From Acidobacteriota bacterium (GTDB lineage Bacteria; Acidobacteriota; Thermoanaerobaculia; UBA5066), in contig JADJVE010000004.1 in assembly GCA_016716715.1 (NCBI GenBank), forward strand, positions 325,140 to 389,139: a stretch of 64,000 nt of DNA, read 5' to 3'. Shown piece after piece: positions 23,632 to 42,225 of the stretch. The notes under the pieces were generated by a model. That model saw only the letters and a program-made list of their open reading frames with translations, did no database searches and had not been told where the DNA came from. Both the position numbers and the translations under genes were made by a program. Position 1 is the first letter of the stretch; every line of letters begins with the position of its first letter.

Positions 23632-25099
23632 CTCTTCGGCTTCGGCGCGGCAGCCGGCCGGCCTCGACCACTCGGCGAGCAACACAGCTCCAGCCTCGTC
23701 CGAAGTAACGCCGCGCACCTCGTGCCCCATCGACGAGCCGGTACCACCGCCGGCGGCACGCACGAGGTACGGCCATCGTCACTTCCCTCCACCCCCACGG
23801 GGGTCCTGCCGAGCTTCCGTCCGCAGCACCGATCCACATCGGCAAGGAGCTGGAGTGCGCCTCCCGTGAGCGACTCGGCATGCCCTCGGTGGGAGCACCG
23901 CGAGAAGGCGAGCGGTCAGGTCGACGTTGAGCCCATTCCCTCCACGCGCTGGAGAGCCGCCAGGCCCCCACCAGCCGACGCCTTCGAGCGACCCTTCCCG
24001 CACCGCCGACACGGGTCACGACAGAGAGCGCGAGGAGTACCGCTGGCGGAGCACCTTCTGACTTCCCGAGGGTCCCAGCGCTTCCTCGAGCGCGTCGGCC
24101 CGCGCGCGCCTCCGCGAGCCCCTGCTCGCTCGCGCTCGGCAAGTTGAAATCGGAAGACCGGAACGGAACCCGGCAGCCGCGAGCGCGAAGCCGCGGTTGC
24201 CCGCATCCGCAGGGTCGCACGCGCCGGGGCGCCACTCCGCGCGGGCAGTCGAGAAAGAGACCATGCAGCGCTTGAGGTGGTCCGGGCGTCTTCCGGCACC
24301 TGCGGAACGGAGCCGTATTCGAGAAAGAACGGCCTGACCTGGGACACCTGGAGGAGCGCCGGTCGCCGCCCCGGCGACACCGGCGCAATCGGTCGGCGAG
24401 GTTCTTCGACATCACGTCCAGACCGAGTTCCTGCCGGTAGTAGTGCAGCGATGCGGAACGGCAGACGCGCGGCAGGTTGGAGAAGAGAACGGAGGCCGCG
24501 GCGTCATTGCGAAACAGCCGGGCCCACGCGGACGCGCATGGGTCGAGTCCAGGGTGGCTGTCCCCGACCCTGCGGCGGAGCATCGGGTCGGATCGTGGGG
24601 GTGTCCCGGCGTGGGCGGCGATCAGACCCGGCAGGTCGTCGCAAGGCGGCCCTGCGGTACGCACCAGATCGTCATGGCCCTCCAGCTCGAGACCTCGAGG
24701 ATTCGGAACTTCAGAGCCGTCTCCGCGAACACGGTACCGCCGGAAAGGAGGGCTTCCCAGCGGTCGGCGTCGTATTCCATCTGCCTGTTCAAGAAGGCGC
24801 TGAGAGCCACGCCGATTTGGAGTTCGACGAGAACCCACGGCACGCCGCACCAAGCGCCGCCAACGCAAGGGAGTCGAACGAGGACGGCGGGATCGTCTTC
24901 GAGGACGCCGAGAGCCGGCGTCCCACGGTCCCCTCGAGGGGCCGGTAGAACCAGCGGTTCACGCCCTCACGATCCGGAGGCGCGCCCGACCCCTGCCGGA
25001 AGTCCGAACTCGTGCGCAGACCCAAGGGCCTCCACGGGAGCCCAGCGTGAGCTCAGACGCCCTGGCGAAGGCTGAGGAGATTCAGGTGCCCGCGACGCG

Positions 25100-25450
25100 T
25101 TACGCCCGTGTCCGCGACATGCGATCGGGGTCTTGCCCCAGAGCCGCGCAGGCGGCGACGTACGCGAAGAGAAGCGGCTCGTCGCCGTGGAGCGCCCACC
25201 GTTCGTCCCCAAACGCACGCAAAACCGGCTTCAACAGGAAAAGAGCGACCGTGGCGCCGAACGCGACGCAGCCCAGGGCGAAGGCGAGCTCCCAGAGGCC
25301 CTTCGCGTGTGGCACCCAGAACCCGCCGAGGACCGCAACGCCGGCAAAGAAGGCGACGAGGGACATGTAGAGGGCGACAAGGACGCCCCAGGCCAACAGA
25401 ACGGCGACGAGGCTCAGCAGATAGCCGAACGGCGGCCGCTGAAACGGCAA
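25100..25450 (-). CDS. hypothetical small membrane protein (about 3 TM helices); may be an N-terminal remnant of a larger decayed gene
   Basis: 116-aa ORF with hydrophobic helices LLSLVAVLLAWGVLVALY and VAFFAGVAVLGGFW. It has only a TTG start (an internal ATG is at residue 29), and the downstream frames are fragmentary. Confidence 0.3.
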   Translation of the reverse strand: MPFQRPPFGYLLSLVAVLLAWGVLVALYMSLVAFFAGVAVLGGFWVPHAKGLWELAFALGCVAFGATVALFLLKPVLRAFGDERWALHGDEPLLFAYVAACAALGQDPDRMSRTRA

Positions 25451-25535
25451 TTCCAGATCGAGAGATGCAAGAATCGCCTCGGCGGAATTGATGGCCGGTC
25501 AGTCTCCGAGGCCGAAGGCATCGCCGAATTGACCA

Positions 25536-25567
25536 CAAGAAGAAAAGGGCCGGCTTGCGCCGGCCCT
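25536..25567 (-). terminator. intrinsic terminator after rpoC
   Basis: The minus strand has GGGCCGGC-GCAA-GCCGGCCC followed by UUUUCUUCU, 25 nt after the rpoC stop. Confidence 0.75.
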
Positions 25568-25591
25568 TGAGGGAACGATGGGATCGAAGGA

Positions 25592-29815
<4,224 letters not shown>

Positions 29816-29830
29816 GTATTCCTCTTCTCC

Positions 29831-34105
<4,275 letters not shown>

Positions 34106-34195
34106 GGGGTGCTTGTCCTCTCATGGCCGCGCGCTGGCCGGGGTGTGAGGCGCGCGATGGGGCGACGACGAAGATCGAGAGAAGCGGCTGTTGGC

Positions 34196-34222
34196 GGGGG
34201 AAACCGAACCTCGGTTTCCCCC
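34196..34222 (-). terminator. hairpin in the rplL-rpoB spacer (attenuator)
   Basis: Perfect 12-bp stem GGGGGAAACCGA / TCGGTTTCCCCC with a 3-nt loop, in the 132-nt rplL-rpoB spacer. No strong U-tract follows, so it fits the partial attenuator classically described in E. coli. Confidence 0.5.
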
Positions 34223-34237
34223 GCACCCCCATCCGGG

Positions 34238-34615
34238 TTACTTGACCTCGACCTTCGCGCCCGCGTCCTCGAACTTCTTCTTGATGGAAGCGGCCTCGTC
34301 CTTCGAAACGCCTTCCTTGATGACGCCGAGGTTCTCGACGAGATCCTTGGCTTCCTTGAGCCCGAGCGAGGCGTTGACCTCGCGGACGACCTTGATGACG
34401 TTGATCTTGTTCGAGCCGGCCTCCTTGAGCGCGACCGTGAACTCGGTCTGCTCCTCGGCGGCGGCGGCGGCCGGGGCGGCCGCTGCGGCGGCCGGAGCGG
34501 CCATCATCGCGGCGGAGACGCCGAACTTCTCCTCGAGAGCCTTGACGAGGTTGTTCAGCTCGAGGACGGACATCGATTCGATTTCCTTGACGAAAGTCTC
34601 GACGTTGAGTGCCAT
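34238..34615 (-). CDS. rplL: 50S ribosomal protein L7/L12
   Basis: 125 aa. Confidence 0.95.
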   Translation of the reverse strand: MALNVETFVKEIESMSVLELNNLVKALEEKFGVSAAMMAAPAAAAAAPAAAAAEEQTEFTVALKEAGSNKINVIKVVREVNASLGLKEAKDLVENLGVIKEGVSKDEAASIKKKFEDAGAKVEVK

Positions 34616-34639
34616 GGTTCTATCTCCTGATTCTTCGGC

Positions 34640-35182
34640 TTAAGCCGTGGTTTCTTCGGACTTTGCTTTTTGCTGAGCCACGGCCGCGAGGGTCGCGGCG
34701 ACGTTGCGGTGAGGGGCGGCGAGGACCGTCACGAGGCGCCGGATCGGCGACTGCATGAGGCCCAGGAGCTTGCCGACGAGCTCGGCGCGCGACGGCAGGT
34801 TTGCGAGGGTCTCGAGCTCCTTCGCCGCGACGGGCTTGCCGTCGAGGAGGGCGGCCTTGACCTTCACGTTCGGGTTCGTCTTGCCGAAGGTGTGGAGAAC
34901 CTTGGCGAGCGCGACGACGTCCGTCGTCGAGTAGGCGATGCCCGTCATCCCCGTGAAGTGCTCCTTGAGCGAACCGAGGGGCTTTCCCTCGAGGGCGCGC
35001 AGGGCGAGCGTGTTCTTCACGACGATGTAGTCGGACTTGGCGGCGCGGATCTGGCGGCGCAGGTCCGTCACGGCCGGCACCGACAGGCCCTTGTAGTCGA
35101 TCAGGAACGCGTGGGAGGCCTTCCCCACCGTCGCCGCGAGCTCGGCGAGCTCTTCGGCCTTGGAAGCGCGCGTGGTCGTCAT
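34640..35182 (-). CDS. rplJ: 50S ribosomal protein L10
   Basis: 180 aa. Confidence 0.9.
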   Translation of the reverse strand: MTTTRASKAEELAELAATVGKASHAFLIDYKGLSVPAVTDLRRQIRAAKSDYIVVKNTLALRALEGKPLGSLKEHFTGMTGIAYSTTDVVALAKVLHTFGKTNPNVKVKAALLDGKPVAAKELETLANLPSRAELVGKLLGLMQSPIRRLVTVLAAPHRNVAATLAAVAQQKAKSEETTA

Positions 35183-35889
35183 CAGACGGTCCTTCCGACG
35201 AGCTTCTCGGCGGTCGCGGGATCCACCGGGACGCCCGGGCCCATCGTCGACGAAAGGACGACGGACTTCATGTACTTGCCCTTCGCGGCGGCGGGCTTCG
35301 CCTTCTGGACCGCCGAGAGGAGCGCTTCGGTGTTCTCGACGAGCTGGATCTCGGGGAACGAGACCTTGCCGACGGGAACGTGGATGATCGCCGTCTTGTC
35401 GACGCGGAACTCGATCTTGCCCGCCTTCAGCTCCTTGACGGCCTTGGCGACGTCGAACGTGACCGTGCCGGCCTTCGGGTTCGGCATGAGGCCGCGCGGG
35501 CCGAGCACCTTGCCGAGCCGCCCGAGCGACTTCATCATGTCGGGCGTCGCGACGAGCGCCTCGAAGTCGAGCATGCCGGCCTGGATCTTCGCGACGAGGT
35601 CGTCCCCGCCCACGACGTCCGCTCCCGCAGCTTCGGCTTCCTTGATCTTCTCACCGGAAGCCACGACGGCCACGCGGGTCGTCTTCCCGAGGCCGTGCGG
35701 AAGCACGACCGTGCCGCGCACCATCTGGTCCGCGTGCTTCGGGTCGACGCCGAGGCGAAGGGCCACCTCGACCGTCTCGTTGAACTTGGCGAACGACGCG
35801 GACTTGACGAGCGCGACGGCCTGGGGCACGTCGTAGAGCTTCGCCTTGTCGACTTTCGCGGCGGACGCGGTGAATTTCTTGCCACTCAT
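35182..35889 (-). CDS. rplA: 50S ribosomal protein L1
   Basis: [20 protein letters not shown]..., 235 aa. ATG at 35887-35889, inside the longer ORF 35182..35961. Confidence 0.9.
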   Translation of the reverse strand: MSGKKFTASAAKVDKAKLYDVPQAVALVKSASFAKFNETVEVALRLGVDPKHADQMVRGTVVLPHGLGKTTRVAVVASGEKIKEAEAAGADVVGGDDLVAKIQAGMLDFEALVATPDMMKSLGRLGKVLGPRGLMPNPKAGTVTFDVAKAVKELKAGKIEFRVDKTAIIHVPVGKVSFPEIQLVENTEALLSAVQKAKPAAAKGKYMKSVVLSSTMGPGVPVDPATAEKLVGRTV

Positions 35890-35972
35890 GGTGTGTTGTT
35901 CTCCGGAGTCGGTCGCATCCCCTGGGTCCGTCGGTGAGAAGCCCCGGGGCATCCCGGGCACCTGCGAACCGC

Positions 35973-35993
35973 GCGCCGGGAGAGGCCCGGCGC
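35973..35993 (-). promoter_or_regulatory. GC-rich hairpin in the rplK-rplA spacer, a candidate L1-binding autoregulatory leader
   Basis: GCGCCGGG-agagg-CCCGGCGC sits in the 133-nt spacer. L1 leaders mimic the 23S rRNA L1 site, which is established; the assignment here is inference. Confidence 0.35.
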
Positions 35994-36022
35994 GGGAGGC
36001 TTCCGCCTCGTTGATCGCGGCG

Positions 36023-36448
36023 TCAGCCGACGACCTCGATTCCCATGGATCGGGCGGTCCCCTCCACCGACTTGACGGCGGCGGCGAGGTCCACGGTGTT
36101 CAGGTCGACGAGCTTGAGCTTGGCGATCTCCTCGACCTGCTTCTTCGTCACCTTGCCGACTTTCGTCTTGTTCGGGACGCCCGAGCCCTTTTCGAGCTTG
36201 GCGGCCTTCTTGAGCAGGACGGCGGCGGGGGGCGTCTTCGTGATGAACGAGTACGACCGGTCCGAATACACCGTGACGACGACGGGGATGATGAGCCCCA
36301 CGTCCTTCGCGGTCTTCGCGTTGAAGGCCTTGCAGAAGTCCATGATGTTGACGCCCTGCGGACCGAGCGCGGTGCCGACGGGCGGAGCGGGCGTCGCCTT
36401 CCCGGCTTCGATCTGGAGCTTGACGTATCCCGTTACTTTCTTTGCCAT
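36023..36448 (-). CDS. rplK: 50S ribosomal protein L11
   Basis: 141 aa. Confidence 0.95.
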   Translation of the reverse strand: MAKKVTGYVKLQIEAGKATPAPPVGTALGPQGVNIMDFCKAFNAKTAKDVGLIIPVVVTVYSDRSYSFITKTPPAAVLLKKAAKLEKGSGVPNKTKVGKVTKKQVEEIAKLKLVDLNTVDLAAAVKSVEGTARSMGIEVVG

Positions 36449-36457
36449 GGTCGTTCC

Positions 36458-37045
36458 TTACAGCTTCTGGACCTGGACGAATTCGAGCTCGACCGGCGTC
36501 GGCCGGCCGAAGATGGTGACGAGGACGCGAAGTGTCGAGCGCTCGAGGTTGATGTCCTCGACCGTGCCCGTGAACTCCTTGAAGGGGCCGTCCGTGATCT
36601 TGACCTGCTCGCCGCGCTCGTAGACGTAACGCGGCTTCGGCTTTTCCTTGGACTCGGCCGTGTGGTGGAGGATCGAGTCGACCTCGTCCTGCGTGAGCGG
36701 GACGGGCGCCTTCGACGAGCCCCCGACGAATCCGGTGACCTTCGGCGTGTTGCGCACGAGATGCCAGGTTTCGTCGGACATCTCCATCTGCACGAGGACG
36801 TAGCCCGGGAAGAACTTCCGCTCGACGTTGCGGCGCTTCCCGGCCTTCATCTCGACGACGGTCTCCTTCGGCACGCGGATCTCGCCGAAGTGGACCTCCA
36901 TGCCGAGGGCCTTGATGCGGTTCTGCAGCTCCGTGACGACACGGTCCTCGAAGCCCGAGTACGTGTGGACGATGAACCAGTCCATGTGCGGCGCCGCCGC
37001 GGCGGGGGCCGCGCTGCCCGTGTCCTGAGAATCGACTTCGCTCAC
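36458..37045 (-). CDS. nusG: transcription termination/antitermination factor NusG
   Basis: 195 aa with NGN and KOW domains. Confidence 0.9.
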   Translation of the reverse strand: MSEVDSQDTGSAAPAAAAPHMDWFIVHTYSGFEDRVVTELQNRIKALGMEVHFGEIRVPKETVVEMKAGKRRNVERKFFPGYVLVQMEMSDETWHLVRNTPKVTGFVGGSSKAPVPLTQDEVDSILHHTAESKEKPKPRYVYERGEQVKITDGPFKEFTGTVEDINLERSTLRVLVTIFGRPTPVELEFVQVQKL

Positions 37046-37069
37046 CGCTTTGCCTTTATCGTTCCGTCT

Positions 37070-37282
37070 TCAGCCGCCGAAGGCGGAGAAGAGCTTGTTC
37101 ACGAGCGGCGTCACCGCCGCGTCGACGAGGAAGAGGAAGATGCCCACGAGGACCGTGTAGACGATGACCACCATCGTCGTCCCCACGACCTCGTCCCGGT
37201 CCGGCCACGAGACCTTCCCGGTCTCCTTCTTCACGTCCGAAAGGAAGCCGCGGAAGGTGGTCCAACGCTCGCTGAAGTTCAT
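37070..37282 (-). CDS. secE: preprotein translocase subunit SecE
   Basis: 70 aa with a single TM helix. Confidence 0.85.
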   Translation of the reverse strand: MNFSERWTTFRGFLSDVKKETGKVSWPDRDEVVGTTMVVIVYTVLVGIFLFLVDAAVTPLVNKLFSAFGG

Positions 37283-37349
37283 GTCGTTTCGTTCGTCCTT
37301 CGTGTCGATTCGGGTCCGTCGTGTCGTCGTCTCTGGTCAAGGCCGAGGT

Positions 37350-37427
37350 TGGCAGGGGTGCGGGGATTCGAACCCCGAACCTACGGTTTTGGAGACCGCC
37401 GCTCTAGCCAGTTGGAGCTACACCCCT
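37350..37427 (-). tRNA. tRNA-Trp (anticodon CCA)
   Basis: Folded by hand as AGGGGTGTAGCTCCAACTGGCTAGAGCGGCGGTCTCCAAAACCGTAGGTTCGGGGTTCGAATCCCCGCACCCCTGCCA. Confidence 0.85.
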
Positions 37428-37456
37428 GTACGTCGTCGCGTGACAAGCTGCGTGAA

Positions 37457-37531
37457 TGGAGCGGGAGACGGGATTCGAACCCGCGACCAACAGCTTGGAA
37501 GGCTGTGACTCTACCCCTGAGTTACTCCCGC
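37457..37531 (-). tRNA. tRNA-Gly (anticodon TCC)
   Basis: GCGGGAGTAACTCAGGGGTAGAGTCACAGCCTTCCAAGCTGTTGGTCGCGGGTTCGAATCCCGTCTCCCGCTCCA. Confidence 0.85.
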
Positions 37532-37558
37532 TCAGGTACGTGATCCGCGCGGGGAAAC

Positions 37559-37635
37559 TGGAGCCCACGAGCAGATTTGAACTGCTGACCCCGTCCTTAC
37601 CAAGGACGTGCTCTACCAACTGAGCTACGTGGGCC
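37559..37635 (-). tRNA. tRNA-Thr (anticodon GGT)
   Basis: GGCCCACGTAGCTCAGTTGGTAGAGCACGTCCTTGGTAAGGACGGGGTCAGCAGTTCAAATCTGCTCGTGGGCTCCA. Confidence 0.85.
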
Positions 37636-37651
37636 CCCTTCTCTTCGAAGA

Positions 37652-37739
37652 TGGTGGGCAGAGAGGGATTCGAACCCCCGTAGCACGTAAGTACGGCAGA
37701 TTTACAGTCTGCTGCCATTAACCACTCGGCCATCTGCCC
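37652..37739 (-). tRNA. tRNA-Tyr (anticodon GTA), long variable arm
   Basis: GGGCAGATGGCCGAGTGGTTAATGGCAGCAGACTGTAAATCTGCC...GGGGGTTCGAATCCCTCTCTGCCCACCA. Confidence 0.85.
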
Positions 37740-37786
37740 GTTACCGTCCTTCATGATTCCCGTGTCCGGCCCCCGGAAACGCTCCC

Positions 37787-37862
37787 TGGAGCTGGCGATG
37801 GGACTTGAACCCGCAACCTGCCGATTACAAATCGGCTGCTCTGCCAATTGAGCTACGCCAGC
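37787..37862 (-). tRNA. tRNA-Thr (anticodon TGT)
   Basis: GCTGGCGTAGCTCAATTGGCAGAGCAGCCGATTTGTAATCGGCAGGTTGCGGGTTCAAGTCCCATCGCCAGCTCCA. Confidence 0.85.
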
Positions 37863-37963
37863 ACTCGCATTCCTCCCCAGAGAGAGCTCGACCGTGCGAC
37901 CCGATAACCTTGGAGACACGGAGAACGCACGGCTTCGCGCACCCGGCGAGGCGCGAACTGTGG

Positions 37964-37993
37964 TTTATATCAGCCAGCTCGAAACCCCGTCAA
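37964..37993 (-). promoter_or_regulatory. sigma70-type promoter for the tRNA-secE-nusG operon
   Basis: The minus strand reads TTGACG (37988-37993), an 18-nt spacer, then TATAAA (37964-37969). The first tRNA lies about 95 nt downstream. Confidence 0.55.
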
Positions 37994-38000
37994 GCCATTT

Positions 38001-38732
38001 TCATGCCGGAACTGGCCCCGGCCCGGTTTTTCTCCGGACCCACTCGTAGAGCAGGACCCCGGCGGCCACGGAGACGTTCAGGGATCCGGCGCCCCGATTC
38101 ATGGGGATCGAAATCAACCGGTCGCACGTTTCCCTCGTCAGGCGCCTGAGCCCCGCCCCTTCGGAGCCGAGACAGAGGACGGAATCGCCCGAAATATCGA
38201 CTTTCCAGAGACTTTCGCCGTCCATGGCCGCCCCGTAGATCCAGAACCCGGCGGCCTTGGCCTGCTCGAGGAACCGGGCCGCATTGACGACCCGGCCCAC
38301 CTTGACCCGCTCCAGGGCGCCCGCCGAGGCCTTCGAGACGGTCTCGTTCAGGCCGGCCGAGTGCCGCTCCGTCAGGACGACCGAGGCCCCCGCGGCGGCG
38401 GCCGTCCGGAGGACCGAGCCGAGGTTGCCCGGGTCCGTCACCTCGTCGAGGAAGAGGACGCACCGTCCGCCCTTCGGACCCGCGAGGCACTCCTCCACGT
38501 CGTCGTACTCGCGCTCAGCCACCCGGGCCGCCACACCGTTGTGCGCGCGGCCCGCAAAGCGGTCCAGCTCTTCTTTCGCGACGAGGCGGACGGGAACGCC
38601 CGCCCCCCGGGCGAGCTCCTCGATCTCCGCGGCGCGGGCGTCCTTGCGGCCGCGCTGAACGAGCAGCGCCTCGACGGCGCGCGGCCTCTTTTCGAGAACC
38701 TCGCGCACCGGGTGGAAGCCCGAGACGATCAC
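38001..38732 (-). CDS. rlmB: 23S rRNA (guanosine-2'-O)-methyltransferase, SpoU/TrmH family
   Basis: 243 aa with SpoU methylase motifs. Confidence 0.8.
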   Translation of the reverse strand: MIVSGFHPVREVLEKRPRAVEALLVQRGRKDARAAEIEELARGAGVPVRLVAKEELDRFAGRAHNGVAARVAEREYDDVEECLAGPKGGRCVLFLDEVTDPGNLGSVLRTAAAAGASVVLTERHSAGLNETVSKASAGALERVKVGRVVNAARFLEQAKAAGFWIYGAAMDGESLWKVDISGDSVLCLGSEGAGLRRLTRETCDRLISIPMNRGAGSLNVSVAAGVLLYEWVRRKTGPGPVPA

Positions 38733-38738
38733 AGCCCG

Positions 38739-39215
38739 CTACTCGGCCGCGTCGCCGCCGACGAGGAGCACCACCGTCGCGGCCACGCCCTCGCCCCGGC
38801 CGAAGTCCGTCAAGCCGTTCCCTGACGACGCCTTCACGGAGACGCGCGCCACGGGCACCCCGAGGAGGGCCGCGATGCTCGCGCGCATGGCTTCGCGGTG
38901 TTCCCCGACGCGCGGCCTCACGGCCAGGATCGTGACGTCCACGTTGAGGATTTCCGGATGGTCCGTCAGGTCCCGGACGTGCCGGACGAAGGCCTCCCCC
39001 GCCGCGCCCGCCCACTCGGGACGGTCGGTCCCGAAGATCGAGCCGAGATCGCCCATCGCGGCTGCGCCGAGGAGCGCGTCCGCGAGCGCGTGCAGGACGA
39101 CGTCGCCGTCCGAGTGCCCGATGGGGCCCGAGTCCGACTTCACCACGACGCCGCCGAGCACGCACGGCCGCCCGGGCTCGAGCCGGTGGGCGTCGAATCC
39201 GTGCCCGATCCTCAC
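38739..39215 (-). CDS. ispF: 2-C-methyl-D-erythritol 2,4-cyclodiphosphate synthase
   Basis: MRIGHGFDAHRL...HSDGDVVLHAL, 158 aa. Confidence 0.95.
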   Translation of the reverse strand: MRIGHGFDAHRLEPGRPCVLGGVVVKSDSGPIGHSDGDVVLHALADALLGAAAMGDLGSIFGTDRPEWAGAAGEAFVRHVRDLTDHPEILNVDVTILAVRPRVGEHREAMRASIAALLGVPVARVSVKASSGNGLTDFGRGEGVAATVVLLVGGDAAE

Positions 39216-39219
39216 GGGG

Positions 39220-39912
39220 TCACGCTCCCGCGCGGCCCGACTGGGCCAGCCAGGCCTCCGCCCACGCGAGGTCCTCGGGGTACGTGATCTTGATGTTCCA
39301 GCGCGACGTCAGAACGACCGTGACCTCGCCGCCCGTGCGCTCCACGAGCTCGGCGTCGTCCGTCGCGTCGGGCCCGCCTTCCTTCGCGAGTCCCTTTCGA
39401 AGGATCGCGGCGCGGAACGCCTGCGGAGTCGTGGCCCCCACGAGGTCGCCGCGCGGGACCGTCGCCTTGATCTTGCCCGCTTCGACGCGCTTGATCGTCT
39501 CGACGAGGGAGAACGCCGCGATCGCGGCGCCCGTCGCGTCCGCCGCGTCCACGACCGCCTTGACCTCCAGCGGGTCCACGAGCGGGCGCGCCGCGTCGTG
39601 GACGAGAACGATCGCGTCGTCGTCCTTCGGGTCCATGGCCGCGAAGGCCCGCGCGACGGACTCGCGGCGCGTGACGCCGCCCTCGACGAGGATGTACGGG
39701 AGGGGCGACGCCTTCAGCGCCGCGCGGAAGTCCGCCTCGCAGCCGCCCGGGATCGCGACGACGGCCGAGGAGACCCGCCTCGAGGCCGCGAGGCGCTCGA
39801 GCGCGTGGACGAGGAGCGGCTTGCCGGCGAGCAGGACGAGCGCCTTCGGCCCGCCTTCGTGAAAGCGGGTGCCGAAGCCCGCGGCCGGTACGAGAGCCGT
39901 GGCCTGGCTCAC
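39220..39912 (-). CDS. ispD: 2-C-methyl-D-erythritol 4-phosphate cytidylyltransferase
   Basis: VSQATALVPAAGFGTRF... 230 aa. The GTG start overlaps the frr stop. It is the C-terminal part of ORF 39220..40260. Confidence 0.85.
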   Translation of the reverse strand: MSQATALVPAAGFGTRFHEGGPKALVLLAGKPLLVHALERLAASRRVSSAVVAIPGGCEADFRAALKASPLPYILVEGGVTRRESVARAFAAMDPKDDDAIVLVHDAARPLVDPLEVKAVVDAADATGAAIAAFSLVETIKRVEAGKIKATVPRGDLVGATTPQAFRAAILRKGLAKEGGPDATDDAELVERTGGEVTVVLTSRWNIKITYPEDLAWAEAWLAQSGRAGA

Positions 39913-40472
39913 CGTGCGAGGACTTCCGCTTCCTTCGTCTTGAGGATGTGGTCGACCTCGGCGACGCTCTTGTCCGTGAGCTTCTGGATCTCGTCGAGGG
40001 CGCGCTTCTCGTCGTCCGCGGAGACGGTGGAGGCCTTCGCCTCCTTCTTGATCGCGTCGTTCGCCTCGTGGCGGTGGTGGCGGATCTCGACCTTCGCGTG
40101 CTCGGCGAAGCCGTGGGCCTTCTTGATGATCTCCTTGCGGCGCTCCTCCGTCGGCTGCGGCACGGGGATCCGGACGACCCTCCCGTCCGACGACGGGTTC
40201 AGCCCGAGGTCGCTCGTGCGGATCGCCTTCTCGATGGCCGGGCAGAGCGAGGGCTCCCACGGCGACGCGAGAAGAAGGGTCGCGTCCGGCGCGGAGAGGT
40301 TCGCGACCTGGTTCAGGGGCGTCGCCGTCCCGTAGTACTCCACGAAGATCCCTTCGAGGATGCCCACCGCGGCCCGCCCGGTGCGCAGGTGCTTCAGCTC
40401 ATGCTTGAGGGCCTCGAGCGAGGCGTGCATCCGCCTCTCGGTTTCCTTCTTCGTCTCGGCAATCGTGGGCAT
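39909..40472 (-). CDS. frr: ribosome recycling factor
   Basis: 187 aa. Confidence 0.95.
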   Translation of the reverse strand: MPTIAETKKETERRMHASLEALKHELKHLRTGRAAVGILEGIFVEYYGTATPLNQVANLSAPDATLLLASPWEPSLCPAIEKAIRTSDLGLNPSSDGRVVRIPVPQPTEERRKEIIKKAHGFAEHAKVEIRHHRHEANDAIKKEAKASTVSADDEKRALDEIQKLTDKSVAEVDHILKTKEAEVLAR

Positions 40473-40502
40473 GGCGTTCTCCTTGTTCCGGCGGCCGCGG
40501 CG

Positions 40503-41225
40503 TCAGGCGCGCCCCGCGTCGACCACGCTTCCAACCGGCTCGCCCATGACGACACGGCGGATGTTCCCGGGGACGAGCAGGTTGAACACGCGGATCGGCA
40601 TGCGATTGTCGCGGCAGAGGGCGACCGAGGTCGCGTCCATGACGGCGAGCCGCTTCTCCAGAACGTCCTGGTAGCTGACCCGCGGGAGGAACTCGGCGTT
40701 CGGGTTCTTCTTCGGGTCGTCCGAGTAGATGCCGTCGACGCGCGTCGCCTTGAGGATCGCGTCGGCGCGCACCTCGTTCGCGCGAAGCGCCGCGGCCGAG
40801 TCCGTCGTGAAGTACGGGTTGCCCGTCCCGCCCGCGAAGATGACGCAGCGCTTCTTCTCGAGATGGCGGATCGCGCGGCGCCGGATGAACGGCTCGGCGA
40901 CCGCGCGCACCTCGAACGCCGTCATGACGCGGGTGTGGATCGCCCTCTTCTCCATCGCGTCCTGAAGCGCGAGCGCGTTGATGACGGTCGCGAGCATTCC
41001 CATGTTGTCGCCCGTGACGCGGTCGATGCCCTGCGTCGCGGCGGACACGCCCCGGATGATGTTCCCGCCCCCGATCACGATCGCGAGCTCGACGCCGAGG
41101 CGCGCGACCTCGGCGACCTCGTCCGCGATGCGGGCGACGACCGCCGGCTCGATGCCGAACGGCTGATTGCCGAGGAGCGCCTCCCCGGAGAGCTTCAGCA
41201 GGACCCGGCGGTAGCAGGGTTCCAC
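40503..41225 (-). CDS. pyrH: UMP kinase
   Basis: 240 aa, [10 protein letters not shown]... Confidence 0.95.
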   Translation of the reverse strand: MEPCYRRVLLKLSGEALLGNQPFGIEPAVVARIADEVAEVARLGVELAIVIGGGNIIRGVSAATQGIDRVTGDNMGMLATVINALALQDAMEKRAIHTRVMTAFEVRAVAEPFIRRRAIRHLEKKRCVIFAGGTGNPYFTTDSAAALRANEVRADAILKATRVDGIYSDDPKKNPNAEFLPRVSYQDVLEKRLAVMDATSVALCRDNRMPIRVFNLLVPGNIRRVVMGEPVGSVVDAGRA

Positions 41226-41229
41226 GGCG

Positions 41230-42150
41230 TTACTTCGTGAGCGCCGCGACTTCGGCGGCGAAATCGCCCCCGGACTTCTTCTCGACGCCCTCGCCCACCT
41301 TGTAGCGGACGAAGCGCACGACGGACGCGTCCTTGCCCCCGCGATCGGCGATGACCTGCGAGACCTTCTTGCTGTCGTCCTTGGCGAACGCCTGGTCGAG
41401 GAGGACGACCTCGCCGAACCACTTGCCGATCATGCCCTCGACCATCTTCTCGGCGACGGCCTCCGGCTTCCCGGCGGCGATCGCCTTGGCGCGCGCGATC
41501 TCCCTCTCGTCGGCGAGCGCCTTGGCGGACACGCCGTCGCGGGTCGCGAACTGCGGCGCGAGCGCGGCCACGTGCATCGCGAGATCCTTGCCGAGGTCCT
41601 CGGGCATTCCCTTCGTCTCGATCACGACGACCGTCTTGTCGCCGGGGTGGGCGTAAAGCGTCAGGTGTGAGCCGGGGCCCGCGACGAGGCGCGCGAAGCG
41701 GCGCAGCTCGGTCTTCTCGCCGAGGTCGCCGGTGAACGCCTGGAGGCACTCCGCGATCGAAGCGCCGGTGTGGGGCATCTTCGAGGGCGGGGCCGACGCC
41801 GCGAGGGCCGCCACGTCGCCGTCGACGGTGTCGCCGACGGCCGCGTGGCCGTGCACGAAGTTCGTGATCGCGTGCAGCGCCTGCTTGAACTTTTCCGTCT
41901 TCGCGACGAAGTCGGTCTCGCAGTTCAGCTCGATCAGGGCCGCGACGCCGTTCGCCACGTGGTAGCCGATCAGCCCGTCGGCCGCGACGCGGCCGGCCTT
42001 CTTGGCGGCGGCGGCGAGGCCCTTCTTGCGGAGGGTCTTCTCGGCCTCGTCGATGTTGCCATTCGTCTCTTCGAGCGCGCTCTTGCAATCGAGCATGCCG
42101 GCGCCCGTCTTGTCGCGGAGCATCTTCACCGTTACTGCGGAAATCGCCAT
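41230..42150 (-). CDS. tsf: elongation factor Ts
   Basis: 306 aa. Confidence 0.95.
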   Translation of the reverse strand: MAISAVTVKMLRDKTGAGMLDCKSALEETNGNIDEAEKTLRKKGLAAAAKKAGRVAADGLIGYHVANGVAALIELNCETDFVAKTEKFKQALHAITNFVHGHAAVGDTVDGDVAALAASAPPSKMPHTGASIAECLQAFTGDLGEKTELRRFARLVAGPGSHLTLYAHPGDKTVVVIETKGMPEDLGKDLAMHVAALAPQFATRDGVSAKALADEREIARAKAIAAGKPEAVAEKMVEGMIGKWFGEVVLLDQAFAKDDSKKVSQVIADRGGKDASVVRFVRYKVGEGVEKKSGGDFAAEVAALTK

Positions 42151-42168
42151 GGGGTCCTCTCTGACATC

Positions 42169-42206
42169 AAAAAGGCCGGCGGGGGACGCATGTCCTCCCG
42201 CCGGCC
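42169..42206 (-). terminator. intrinsic terminator/attenuator between rpsB and tsf
   Basis: On the minus strand the stem GGCCGGCGGG...CCCGCCGGCC (extended by GGAC/GTCC) is followed by UUUUU and then the tsf RBS. Confidence 0.65.
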
Positions 42207-42225
42207 CGAATCGCGTGGATCGGAA

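Noticed and set aside
23564-24868. 434-aa Arg-rich minus-strand ORF in the island
   Set aside because: Extreme Arg/Pro/Gly bias, no recognisable motif, and it overlaps vapC antisense. It is kept only as part of the degenerate-region finding.
37404-37919. 171-aa ORF
   Set aside because: It lies entirely over five tRNA genes.
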